Assembly: GCA_937897635.1 (NCBI GenBank)
Contig: CALCQI010000029.1
Location: forward strand, 15,748-79,747
Source: an uncultured Peptococcaceae bacterium
Lineage (GTDB): Bacteria; Bacillota; Dehalobacteriia; UBA4068; UBA4997
Direction of reading: 5' to 3'
Length of the DNA stretch: 64,000 bases
Shown here: one piece after another, positions 1-9,233 of the stretch
Layout: each line of letters starts with the position of its first letter
Position numbering within the stretch: position 1 is the first letter of the stretch
The notes under the pieces: model-generated
Database searches by the model: none
Seen by the model: only the letters and a program-made list of their open reading frames with translations
Told to the model about the DNA's origin: nothing
Position numbers and translations under genes: made by a program

Positions 1-179
1 ACAGAGAAAAGCTTGCTTGCGCCATAGAAGAGAAAGAACTTTATCCAAGCAGCGTTTGTCAGGATGTTGATTTGGTCATTTTTGCTTTAATCGATAAAAT
101 AGAAGCCTTGTTTTGGGTACTTGAATTGGATTTACCAAATGGAGACATTATTGATAAGATCACAGGCATAAAACATTAA
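1..179 (+). CDS. 3' end of an unidentified CDS entering from upstream of the window; stop TAA at 177-179
   Basis: Frame 3 is open from position 3 to the TAA at 177-179 (..IDKIEALFWVLELDLPNGDIIDKITGIKH*). It converges on rpe and is followed by a shared hairpin. No family recognised. Confidence 0.25.
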   Translation, partial: REKLACAIEEKELYPSSVCQDVDLVIFALIDKIEALFWVLELDLPNGDIIDKITGIKH

Positions 180-213
180 ATAAAAAAGCGGTTTAAAGCT
201 GTTTTTGGTTAAG

Positions 214-285
214 AAAAAACTGTCATCCCAGCATTAGCGAAAAATCTTTTAAGATACTTCACTTAAGTTCAGGATGACAGTTTTT
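214..285. terminator. Long inverted repeat between convergent genes; probable bidirectional terminator
   Basis: AAAAAACTGTCATCC (214-228) pairs with GGATGACAGTTTTTT (272-285) around a 43-nt spacer, with A/T runs on both sides. It sits between the + strand partial CDS and the end of rpe. Confidence 0.45.
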
Positions 286-316
286 AAAAAATAGCATATA
301 ACCGCTTTTTTAGGCT

Positions 317-994
317 TTATTTGCAAGCGGCTTCAGCTGCTTTTCTTATATCGCTTACCGCTTTTGCTATATTGGGCTGCCCAAATATGCCCGTGCCCGA
401 AACTAAAATATTGGCGCCTGCTCTTACTACCTCCGCAGCATTGGCAAGGTAAATGCCACCATCCACCTGAATATCCGCGTCCACACCTTTTTCAAACATC
501 ATTTGACGCAAACGGCTGATTTTAGGCAAAGTACTTTTAATAAAAGATTGTCCGCCAAAACCGGGATTCACGCTCATTAAAAGCACCATATCCAGATCTG
601 GCAAAATTTCTTCTACAGCACTTAAGGAAGTTGCAGGGTTCAAAGCTACAGCCGCTTTAACACCCAGGTTTTTTATGTATTGAACACTTCTATGTAAATG
701 CTTGCAGGCTTCAGCATGAATACACAATAAATCTGCCCCGGCTTTTTTGAAATCCTCTAAAAAGCGGTCGGGTTCTTCTACCATCAAATGCACATCAAAA
801 AACATATTGCTGGTTGGCCTTAAAGCCTTAATAATAGGTGCTCCGTAGGAAATATTCGGCACAAAGGCTCCGTCCATTATATCCAAATGCAAATATTCCG
901 CTCCCGCAGCTTCCGCTTCTGCCACCTTGGCCCTTAAATTACCCATATCCGCAGCCAATAAAGATGTTGCGATCTTGATTTCTGTTTTGCTCAT
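317..994 (-). CDS. rpe: Ribulose-phosphate 3-epimerase
   Basis: 225 aa; TIM-barrel epimerase signature (HLDIMDG, MSVNPGFGGQ, DGGI). Conserved position after rsgA. Confidence 0.9.
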   Translation of the reverse strand: MSKTEIKIATSLLAADMGNLRAKVAEAEAAGAEYLHLDIMDGAFVPNISYGAPIIKALRPTSNMFFDVHLMVEEPDRFLEDFKKAGADLLCIHAEACKHLHRSVQYIKNLGVKAAVALNPATSLSAVEEILPDLDMVLLMSVNPGFGGQSFIKSTLPKISRLRQMMFEKGVDADIQVDGGIYLANAAEVVRAGANILVSGTGIFGQPNIAKAVSDIRKAAEAACK

Positions 995-1881
995 TAATAA
1001 CGCTCCTCCCGCTCCAGTAACTCCTCCAAAAGCATGATGTATCTTTCATACCTTTCTTTATTGAACTTACCTGTTGCCACAAGCTTTTTTACAGCACAAT
1101 CCGGTTCCTTGTAATGGCTGCAACCATCAAAACGGCATTTGCCCAAAACCTGCCTGATTTCAGGGTAATAGCTGGCAAGCAGTTCTTTTGTCATATCCTG
1201 CGGCAGATCCAAACGGGAAAAACCCGGGCTATCTGCCACCCAGCCACCGCAAGCAAGCGGTAAAAGCTGTACATGCCTTGTTGTATGTTTACCACGACCA
1301 AGCTTATTGCTGATTTCGCCAGTGGTTAAAGCCAAACCATCCTGAATCATATTCAAAATACTGGTTTTACCTACACCGCTTGGCCCCGCCATAATGCTGA
1401 TTTTATTTTTTAAGATATTTTGCAATTCCTCTTTACCCTTATTATTATGGATACCCGTAAACACTACCCTAAACCCTGCTTCCTTGTAAATATCGAAAGG
1501 AAACCTGCTTAAATCTGTAAATAAATCTTCTTTATTAAAGCAAACTACCGGTTCAATACCAGCATAGCCAACCAACACCAAAAGCCTGTCCAAAAGCATC
1601 CAATCGGGGCTGGGATCACGTACGGCAATAACCAAAACAGCTTGTTCTATATTGGCAGCCTTAGGACGTAAAAGCTGGTTTTGGCGCGGCAAAATTTCCT
1701 CAACCACTCCTTCGCCGTTGCCTAATGCCTGCATAAGCACCTTATCACCTACCAGTACACCTGCTTCAGCCTTTTTCAAACGCCCGCGCAAAGAACAGTT
1801 ATAAACTTGATTGCCAACCTGTACAAAGTAAAAACCCCCAAAGGCTTTTACTATAATACCGTTCAAAAGCTTATCTGACAT
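994..1881 (-). CDS. rsgA: Ribosome small-subunit-dependent GTPase A (RsgA/CpgA/YloQ)
   Basis: 295 aa; P-loop GPSGVGKTS and a C-terminal Zn-finger Cys cluster (CRFDGCSH..C). Overlaps rpe by 1 nt. Confidence 0.85.
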   Translation of the reverse strand: MSDKLLNGIIVKAFGGFYFVQVGNQVYNCSLRGRLKKAEAGVLVGDKVLMQALGNGEGVVEEILPRQNQLLRPKAANIEQAVLVIAVRDPSPDWMLLDRLLVLVGYAGIEPVVCFNKEDLFTDLSRFPFDIYKEAGFRVVFTGIHNNKGKEELQNILKNKISIMAGPSGVGKTSILNMIQDGLALTTGEISNKLGRGKHTTRHVQLLPLACGGWVADSPGFSRLDLPQDMTKELLASYYPEIRQVLGKCRFDGCSHYKEPDCAVKKLVATGKFNKERYERYIMLLEELLEREERY

Positions 1882-1892
1882 ACTCTCCCCCT

Positions 1893-3785
1893 TTATGGAA
1901 CATTTTTACTATAGACCACATCATCATCTAAAAGTATTTGAATAGTTCCTTTACCATAGAAAGGCACATCCTCCACTATGCTGTCGCCTCCGTTGTGGGT
2001 AGCATTATATTCCTCATGTGAACCTTTGGTATCTATTACAACTATTTTCACAGTATATTGTTCTTCAGTTACGGGAAGAGTATAGCTTACTCTGGCTGTG
2101 GAAGCCACTGTACCGGGGCCGTCGCTTAGCGTTAAATCGATGGTATTGCCTTCAAATATTTTACTTTTGGCCGCCGTACTTTGCGCAATGACCAAATCAG
2201 CAGCATAAGAGGTGCTTTCCTCCCTGCTTACCTTGCCAATCTCAAGATTATTTTCCGCAAGCTTGGCTCTGGCCTGTTCTAAAGTAAGCCCTAGCAAATT
2301 AGGCATGGTTATTTCCTTGCCCTTGCTTATATCCACTTCAACATTGCTGTTAGGCAAAACCTCAGAACCTGCAGTGGGCCTTTGTGCCACTATAGTACCT
2401 GGTGAAGCGGTATCATCCAAAACTTCTCTGGTGGTAACAGTAAGCATTCTGTTATTTATCATTAAAGTAGCTTCTTTAAGGGTTAAACCAAGAACATCGG
2501 GAACTACCTTTTTGGCAGGACCTTCACTTACATATAAGGTAATGATGCGTCCTTCCTTTACAGTTTGGCCTGCAGGTATATCCTGCGAGATAATTAGGTT
2601 TTCTTCAACTTCATCATCACTTCTGTATTCAAGGGCCGCCTGAAGATTAAGATCGGTAAGGGTTTGCTGAGCCAGCAAAACATCAGAACCTACAACACTC
2701 GGTACTACCACATCTTCATTAGCCCCAACAAAACTTTTGATAATACTTATAAAAATGATTGCGCTTATCAATACCAGCGCCGCAACGCTTATAATTATCC
2801 AACTGGTACTGCTTAGTTTATTTTTATCTTTGAATTTGGATAGCAAAACAGATTTAGCTTTTCTTCCCTTAGGATTTTCATCAGCATTATTTGTTGTTTC
2901 ATTTTTTTGAACTGTATTGAAATCATCGTTTTTATATTTAGTATTATTTTGTCCGGAAGATGCTTTTTGAAAATCAAGCTTTTTTAAATTATCACGCATA
3001 TCCTTAGCTTTGGCATAACGCAGCTGGGGATTTTTACGCATAGCGCGCATAACAATAAAGGAAAGCTCCAGCGGCACCTCGGGGTTTAATTTATGAGGCG
3101 GCATTACCTCGCCCTGAATATGCTGCATAGCCACACCAATTGCATTATCACCCAAAAAAGGCTGTTTGCCCGTAAGCATTTCATAAAGCACCACACCTGC
3201 AGAATAAATATCCGAGCGTTCATTGGCACTGCTGCCTTGTACTTGTTCAGGCGACATATAATGTACAGAACCCATAACATCACCGGTATAGGTTTGGGTT
3301 ATATCGGTAAGTGCAACTGCAATGCCAAAATCCGTTACTTTTACCTGCATATTTTGATCCAATAATATATTATGCGGCTTGATATCACGATGGATCACAT
3401 TATGATCATGCGCGTGCTGCAGAGCATCTAAAATCTGCGAAGCTATATCGGTTGCTAAAACCACAGCAAGCCTGCCGTTTTTTTCTATATATTCTTTAAG
3501 GCTGCAACCTTCCACATATTCCATTACCAGATAATGACTGTCTTCCGTGAAAACAACATCATAAATACTTACTATATTAGGGTGTGAAAGGCAGGCTACC
3601 GCTTGTGCCTCATTACGAAAACGCCTTACAAAAGCTTCATCACTGGCAAACTGCTCCCGTAAGATTTTTATGGTTACCAAGCGGTTCAACAATACATCCC
3701 TTGCCTTATATACCAAAGAGGTACCGCCTGAGCCTATTTTCTCCAAAATTTCATAGCGATCATGGAAGATTTTTCCTGTATCCAT
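1893..3785 (-). CDS. prkC: Hanks-type Ser/Thr protein kinase with a C-terminal TM segment and PASTA repeats
   Basis: 630 aa; kinase motifs GSGGTSLVYKA, HRDIKPHNILL, DFGIA; a TM segment; then three PASTA-like repeats. Confidence 0.9.
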   Translation of the reverse strand: MDTGKIFHDRYEILEKIGSGGTSLVYKARDVLLNRLVTIKILREQFASDEAFVRRFRNEAQAVACLSHPNIVSIYDVVFTEDSHYLVMEYVEGCSLKEYIEKNGRLAVVLATDIASQILDALQHAHDHNVIHRDIKPHNILLDQNMQVKVTDFGIAVALTDITQTYTGDVMGSVHYMSPEQVQGSSANERSDIYSAGVVLYEMLTGKQPFLGDNAIGVAMQHIQGEVMPPHKLNPEVPLELSFIVMRAMRKNPQLRYAKAKDMRDNLKKLDFQKASSGQNNTKYKNDDFNTVQKNETTNNADENPKGRKAKSVLLSKFKDKNKLSSTSWIIISVAALVLISAIIFISIIKSFVGANEDVVVPSVVGSDVLLAQQTLTDLNLQAALEYRSDDEVEENLIISQDIPAGQTVKEGRIITLYVSEGPAKKVVPDVLGLTLKEATLMINNRMLTVTTREVLDDTASPGTIVAQRPTAGSEVLPNSNVEVDISKGKEITMPNLLGLTLEQARAKLAENNLEIGKVSREESTSYAADLVIAQSTAAKSKIFEGNTIDLTLSDGPGTVASTARVSYTLPVTEEQYTVKIVVIDTKGSHEEYNATHNGGDSIVEDVPFYGKGTIQILLDDDVVYSKNVP

Positions 3786-4513
3786 TAAAGCACCTCCCCA
3801 TTATCGCTAAAATCCACAACTATAGCGCTAATATCATCGGCACTACCGCCAAAAACAGCCAGTTCAGCAAGCTGTTCAACCATTTGCCGCGGCTCTTGAA
3901 CAGAAGATAAAACAGTTAAGATTTGGCTTGTAGTTATGGCATTACTCATACCATCCGTACATAAAAGCAATCTATCGCCTTTTTTTACATCCAGAGCATA
4001 AACATCCACCTCTACCCTGGGTTCACAGCCTAAGGCACGGGTAAGAATATGCTTATTGGGGTGTTCTTTGGCCTGGGCACTTGTAATACCGCCCTCGCGC
4101 ACCAATTGCTCTACTACAGAATGGTCTTTGGTGATTTGGCTTATGGCATTGCCCCTCACCATATATGCTCTGCTATCGCCAACATTGGCTATAAACAGTT
4201 TTTTTCTTTTCAGCCAGGCAATGGTTATGGTAGTACCCATGCCCTTTTGGTTTTCTTCATTATCGCTTTGCGTATAAATAAGGTCATTGGCATAATAAAC
4301 CGCTTCACGCAAGGAATCCTCGGGGTTTTCCCTGCCCGCATTTTTTAGTGATTCCACAATTCCTTTAACAGCCATGGCGCTGGCAACTTCACCGGCCATA
4401 GCACCACCCATGCCATCCGCAACTATAAAAAGCTTGAGATTTTCATCGGCAAATACACTGTCTTCATTATTGTTTCTGCCTTGTCCAACCTGTGATAAAT
4501 TACCAAATTTCAC
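3785..4513 (-). CDS. prpC: PP2C-family Ser/Thr phosphatase (PrpC/Stp)
   Basis: 242 aa; VADGMGG and DGMS motifs. ATGA overlap with prkC. Confidence 0.85.
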   Translation of the reverse strand: MKFGNLSQVGQGRNNNEDSVFADENLKLFIVADGMGGAMAGEVASAMAVKGIVESLKNAGRENPEDSLREAVYYANDLIYTQSDNEENQKGMGTTITIAWLKRKKLFIANVGDSRAYMVRGNAISQITKDHSVVEQLVREGGITSAQAKEHPNKHILTRALGCEPRVEVDVYALDVKKGDRLLLCTDGMSNAITTSQILTVLSSVQEPRQMVEQLAELAVFGGSADDISAIVVDFSDNGEVL

Positions 4514-5574
4514 TTTTGCACCTCCCGGCTGAAATGGCGGCGTAACTGACCGCAGGCGGCATCAATATCGCTTCCTCTGGATTCCCTTAATGTAACCTCT
4601 ACTCCTGAGGCGGCCACCGCTTCCGCAAATTTTTGTAAAGTTTCTGGTTTGGCGGGCAAAAATCCTGTTTCTTTTACCAAATTAGCTTTAATCAAATTAA
4701 CATGTGCCAATTGCCCTTTTAATAATTTAGCCAAGGCTAAAGCCTCTTTCTGGCTATCATTAACACCTTCAAAAAGGGCATATTCATAAGTTACCCTTCT
4801 GCCTGTTTTAGCGCTGTAATTTTGCGCCGCACCAATTAATCCCTGTATAGGATATTTTTGGTTAATAGGCATTATTTTATTCCTTAACTCATCATTTGTT
4901 GCGTGAAGAGAAACAGCAAGGCCAATGGCCAATTTTTTTTCAGCCATTTCATTTATCTGAGGAACCAAACCGCAGGTAGATACAGTAATGCGTCTTTGTC
5001 CTATCTTAAGCCCTTTTTCATGGTTCAAAAGTGAAATCGATTTTAATACTGCGGCCAAGTTAGCCAAAGGTTCACCCATACCCATATAAACCACATTGCT
5101 TATGCCTGTATAACCATGTTTTTCACACCATGCATCAGCCGCCAGTACCTGGCTTACTATCTCACCTGCCGTAAGGTTACGCTCCAAACCGTTAAGTCCT
5201 GTGGCACAAAAGGCACAGCCCATGCCACAGCCTGCCTGAGTGCTTATACATACAGTTTGCCTATCGCGTGAATTTTTCCTTTCATAAAGCATGATGACTA
5301 TTTCAACCAGGATGCCATCAGCAAATTCCAACAACAGTTTGGCGCTGTCTTGATTATGATTGATTTGCTCTTTGACGATTTTTGGGCTGCAAACAGTTGC
5401 ATTTGCCTGTAAAAAAGCAGTAAGCTCCTTACCTAAATTAGACATTTCAGCAAACTCAACAATGCCCTTTTGATGCACCCAACTAAAAAGCTGTTTGCCC
5501 CGAAAAGCAGGAAAACCATGCTCTTTAAGGTAAGCACACATTTCATTTTCATCAAGACTGCGTAATTCTATCAT
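4510..5574 (-). CDS. rlmN: 23S rRNA/tRNA adenine-C2 methyltransferase, radical SAM (RlmN)
   Basis: 354 aa; CGMGCAFCATG radical-SAM cluster motif. Conserved position upstream of prpC. Confidence 0.9.
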   Translation of the reverse strand: MIELRSLDENEMCAYLKEHGFPAFRGKQLFSWVHQKGIVEFAEMSNLGKELTAFLQANATVCSPKIVKEQINHNQDSAKLLLEFADGILVEIVIMLYERKNSRDRQTVCISTQAGCGMGCAFCATGLNGLERNLTAGEIVSQVLAADAWCEKHGYTGISNVVYMGMGEPLANLAAVLKSISLLNHEKGLKIGQRRITVSTCGLVPQINEMAEKKLAIGLAVSLHATNDELRNKIMPINQKYPIQGLIGAAQNYSAKTGRRVTYEYALFEGVNDSQKEALALAKLLKGQLAHVNLIKANLVKETGFLPAKPETLQKFAEAVAASGVEVTLRESRGSDIDAACGQLRRHFSREVQK

Positions 5575-5600
5575 ATTGTTTTTTTTTTTCCTTTTTCGCT

Positions 5601-6953
5601 TTAATCAGTCTGCTTACACAAACGAGCCATAAAAAAGCCATCTATGCCATGGATATGCGGCCAAATTTGCCACATTGCGGCACCGTCGGTATGCCAACTT
5701 TCAGGCAGGTTAGGTATACTTTCCAACTTCCATTCAGGATGTTTTGCCAAAAAGGCTTCAATAACATCCCCGTTTTCTTCGCTTGCTACGGTACAAGTAC
5801 AATAAAGCAATGCCCCACCGGGCTTTACGCATTTTGCCGTGTTTTCAAGGATCCTACTGCCCATAGCAGCCATTTCCATAATTACGGCAGGGCTTTTCTG
5901 CCAGCGGGAATCCGCTCTTTTCTGCAATACACCTAAACCCGAACAAGGCGCATCTATCAAAGCATAATCCGCCCAGTTTTCCAAAGCTTTATTTGGCCTG
6001 GAGGAATCGCTTACTTGGCTTTTTACTATATTAACACCCAAGCGCTTACAATTTTGCTCTATCAATTGTATTTTGTGGGGGAACATATCAAAGGCGCGGA
6101 TTTCCCCTTGATTATTCATCAATTGTGCCAAATGAGTGCTTTTGCCACCGGGCGCGGCACAAACATCCATCACCTTACTACCGGGCACGGGAGCTAAAGC
6201 ATGCGCAGCCAGCATAGCACTTTCATGCTGGGGATACACTAGGCCCTTGCTGAAAATCTCCTGCTTTTGCAAAGCCGAGCCTTTGGGCAAATAAAGTGCA
6301 TCAGGTGCAGCTTCACCGCAGGTTACTTCTATATTATTTTTTTTGAACAACTCTATACATTCTGGTACAGAAATTTTTAGGGTATTTACTCTTACGGAAA
6401 AAGGTGCGGGCTGATTATCATATTCGCAAATAGCTATGGTAGCCATGGGGCTTATTTTATCCATCCAACGCTCCACCAGCCAACGTGGGTGAGAATAACA
6501 AACACTTATGTAATTTGCTAAATCCTTTTCCTTATCGGGAAAAGTTATTTTATCCCTTTCCCTGTCTATGGTACGCAAAGTTGCATTCACCAAGCCCACC
6601 GTACCCTGATGCCCATATTTTTTGGCCAACTCCACCGCTTCATTTATAGCCGCGGAAACAGGTATTTTATCCATATAGTAAAGCTGGTACACTCCCAGCC
6701 TTAAAATGAGTAATATCCACATTGGCAGCTTGGCTAATGGTTTTTTGGTAAATTGGTCAATTATATAATCTATGGTTCCTTGCTGGCGTAGTGTACCGTA
6801 AACCAGCTCCGTGGCAAGGCCGCTATCCACAAGAGGCATTTTATGCTTTTTCAATTCCTGGTTTAAGGCTATATTACTGTAGGCACCGTCTTTTTCTACC
6901 CTGCCCAAAACCAATAAGGCTACTTCTCTTGGGTTTGACTTTTGCATTTTCAA
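5601..6953 (-). CDS. rsmB: 16S rRNA m5C967 methyltransferase (RsmB/Sun)
   Basis: 450 aa; NusB-like N-terminus and a SAM-binding motif (DVCAAPGGKS). Position between fmt and rlmN. Confidence 0.85.
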   Translation of the reverse strand: MKMQKSNPREVALLVLGRVEKDGAYSNIALNQELKKHKMPLVDSGLATELVYGTLRQQGTIDYIIDQFTKKPLAKLPMWILLILRLGVYQLYYMDKIPVSAAINEAVELAKKYGHQGTVGLVNATLRTIDRERDKITFPDKEKDLANYISVCYSHPRWLVERWMDKISPMATIAICEYDNQPAPFSVRVNTLKISVPECIELFKKNNIEVTCGEAAPDALYLPKGSALQKQEIFSKGLVYPQHESAMLAAHALAPVPGSKVMDVCAAPGGKSTHLAQLMNNQGEIRAFDMFPHKIQLIEQNCKRLGVNIVKSQVSDSSRPNKALENWADYALIDAPCSGLGVLQKRADSRWQKSPAVIMEMAAMGSRILENTAKCVKPGGALLYCTCTVASEENGDVIEAFLAKHPEWKLESIPNLPESWHTDGAAMWQIWPHIHGIDGFFMARLCKQTD

Positions 6954-6954
6954 A

Positions 6955-7644
6955 TTAGTCCCTCCGCGCTCCCAACGCCAATAAAATAAACCTGAATAGA
7001 GTCAAAATAGACATAAGCAAAGCCGCTACATAAGTAAGAGCTGCCGCATCCAAAACCTTTTTGGCTTTCGGCACTTCATCACGAGTAAGGTAGCCGCCAC
7101 CTTCCAAAGCCGCTACAGCACGGGAAGAGGCATTATATTCCACAGGCAGGGTAACCAATTGAAAAAGCACTACCGCCAAAAACAGCACTACGCCTATAGC
7201 AGCAATATCAAAAGAACCCATAATCAAACCTATCACCAAAATTATCCAGGAAGCATAATTGCCAAAGTTTGCCACAGGCACTATCATAGAACGTATTTTT
7301 AAAGGCATATATTCCTGCGCGTCCTGAATTGCGTGCCCTACTTCGTGTGCCGCAACACCTATAGATGCCAAAGATGTGCTGTTATACACGCTGTCTGAAA
7401 GACGCAGAACTTGACTTCTGGGATCATAATGGTCAGTCAAATTGCCTCTGATATGCTCTATCCTTACATCGCCCAAACCATTGGAATCCAAAAGCGCACG
7501 TGCTACCTGAAAGGCCGTATAATTGTTACTGGACCATTCTTTGGAATATTTTTTAAAAGTAGACTGTACTTTCGATTGTGCCCAAATAGTAACGATAATG
7601 CCCGGTATCAACAAAATCATTGTATAGTCGAACCAATACATCAA
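6955..7644 (-). CDS. Membrane zinc metallopeptidase (Zn_peptidase_2/YugP-like family)
   Basis: 229 aa; HEVGHAIQ zinc motif and several TM segments. Confidence 0.55.
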   Translation of the reverse strand: MMYWFDYTMILLIPGIIVTIWAQSKVQSTFKKYSKEWSSNNYTAFQVARALLDSNGLGDVRIEHIRGNLTDHYDPRSQVLRLSDSVYNSTSLASIGVAAHEVGHAIQDAQEYMPLKIRSMIVPVANFGNYASWIILVIGLIMGSFDIAAIGVVLFLAVVLFQLVTLPVEYNASSRAVAALEGGGYLTRDEVPKAKKVLDAAALTYVAALLMSILTLFRFILLALGARRD

Positions 7645-7692
7645 TGTTCCTCCTTTTATTTATTAACAATCTATTTAACCTAAAAGTATCTT

Positions 7693-8655
7693 TTATTCAA
7701 ATAATGCGTTTTCTTTTTTTTGGCCACGCCACCAATCCACAGCCGCCATTACACCTTTGCCTGCTGGTTTTACCTTCAAAAGCTGCAACAAACCTTTGCC
7801 GCACACTACATTCACCTTATTGTTAGAAGATTTATAAACCGTGCCCACAGGCAAGGAACTTGATTCATCGCTTAAAGCAGCCAGAACTATTTTCAAGGGC
7901 TGACCTTCATACAAAGTATATGCCGCAGGACTCGGAGATAACCCCCTTATCAGGTTGCAAACAGCTGTATTTTCCTTATGCCAAGCAATTTTTTCCAAAG
8001 ACCTGTCGATTTTGGAAGCATAGCTGGCATGAGCATTTTCCTGCGGTTCCCTGGGTGCCAAGCCATCCGCTATCAAGGCAACCGTATCCACAATCAACTC
8101 ACTGCCGACCCTGGCAAGTTTATCATGCAAAGTGCCTATAGTATCCATAGGTTCTATGGCAACAGACTGCTGTAATATCATATCCCCCGTATCCAAGCCT
8201 TTATCCATATACATTGTGGTAATACCTGTTATATCCTCACCGTTTATGATAGCCCAATGAATAGGCGCAGCCCCCCTGTATTTAGGCAAAAGGGAAGCGT
8301 GAATGTTTACCGCTCCCAAAGGAGACAAATTCAATAACGGCTCTTTCAAAATCTGCCCAAAAGCCGTTACTACCAACAAATCGGGCTTTGCAGCCTTTAT
8401 TTGCGCCAAAAAAGCTTCCTCATTCACATTATTGGGGCTGATAACAGGCAAATTGCGGCTAATTGCAAATGCTTTTACAGGAGTTGGCGTCAAAACAGCC
8501 TTCCTGCCCTTGGGACGGTCAGGCTGAGTAACCACTAAAGAAATATTATAACCTGCTTCAAGCAAAGCCTTAAGCGGCAACACTGCAAAATCAGGGCTGC
8601 CCATATACACTATATTGAGCTTTTTTAATTTATTTTCTGTTTTAGCTTCTGTCAT
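7693..8655 (-). CDS. fmt: Methionyl-tRNA formyltransferase
   Basis: 320 aa; IVYMGSPDFAV N-terminus. SD AGGAG 5 nt before the ATG at 8655. Follows def. Confidence 0.9.
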   Translation of the reverse strand: MTEAKTENKLKKLNIVYMGSPDFAVLPLKALLEAGYNISLVVTQPDRPKGRKAVLTPTPVKAFAISRNLPVISPNNVNEEAFLAQIKAAKPDLLVVTAFGQILKEPLLNLSPLGAVNIHASLLPKYRGAAPIHWAIINGEDITGITTMYMDKGLDTGDMILQQSVAIEPMDTIGTLHDKLARVGSELIVDTVALIADGLAPREPQENAHASYASKIDRSLEKIAWHKENTAVCNLIRGLSPSPAAYTLYEGQPLKIVLAALSDESSSLPVGTVYKSSNNKVNVVCGKGLLQLLKVKPAGKGVMAAVDWWRGQKKENALFE

Positions 8656-8695
8656 AAAAACTCCTATTAAAAATTACTTGCTATCTTAAAAAATC

Positions 8696-9172
8696 TTACT
8701 TTTTGATTTTGCCTTTAATTTTAACAGGCTTTGTTTTAATTGCCTTATCAACAAACAAAATGCCATCCAAATGATCTATTTCATGCTGAAAGGCACGCGC
8801 TAAAAAACCTTCGCCCTCTTTAACAAATTTATTGCCGTGCCTATCCATGGCTGCAACTTTTACCCAAGCAGCACGCGCAACAGGCCATTGCTCGCCTCTT
8901 ACACTTAAACAACCCTCTTCATCTATTTCTTCGCCTTTTGCCTCCAAAATAATGGGGTTGACCAATTCTATCAATCCATCGCCCACATCTATAACCACTA
9001 CCCTTTTGCTGATACCAACCTGGGGAGCCGCTAAACCAACACCTTCTTCCACTTTCATGGTTTCGGCCATATCGTCCAATAAACGCCCCAAATTTTCATT
9101 AAAGCGTTTTACTTCAACCGCTTTGGCTCTTAAAATTTCATCGCCTATTTGAACTATGTTAAATACTGTCAC
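8696..9172 (-). CDS. def: Peptide deformylase
   Basis: Motifs EGCLS and HEIDHLDG. The ORF runs to a TTG at 9202, but SD AAAAGGGTGA sits 5 nt before the GTG at 9172. Confidence 0.85.
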   Translation of the reverse strand: MTVFNIVQIGDEILRAKAVEVKRFNENLGRLLDDMAETMKVEEGVGLAAPQVGISKRVVVIDVGDGLIELVNPIILEAKGEEIDEEGCLSVRGEQWPVARAAWVKVAAMDRHGNKFVKEGEGFLARAFQHEIDHLDGILFVDKAIKTKPVKIKGKIKK

Positions 9173-9233
9173 TATAATCACCCTTTTAATCAATTTACCC
9201 AACCAGTATATTATATCATAAAAATAATTTTTT

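Noticed and set aside
2212-2643. 143-aa + strand ORF (and several similar 60-170 aa ORFs inside prkC, ppdK, glyS, addA, addB)
   Set aside because: They sit inside, and antisense to, long confidently identified genes.
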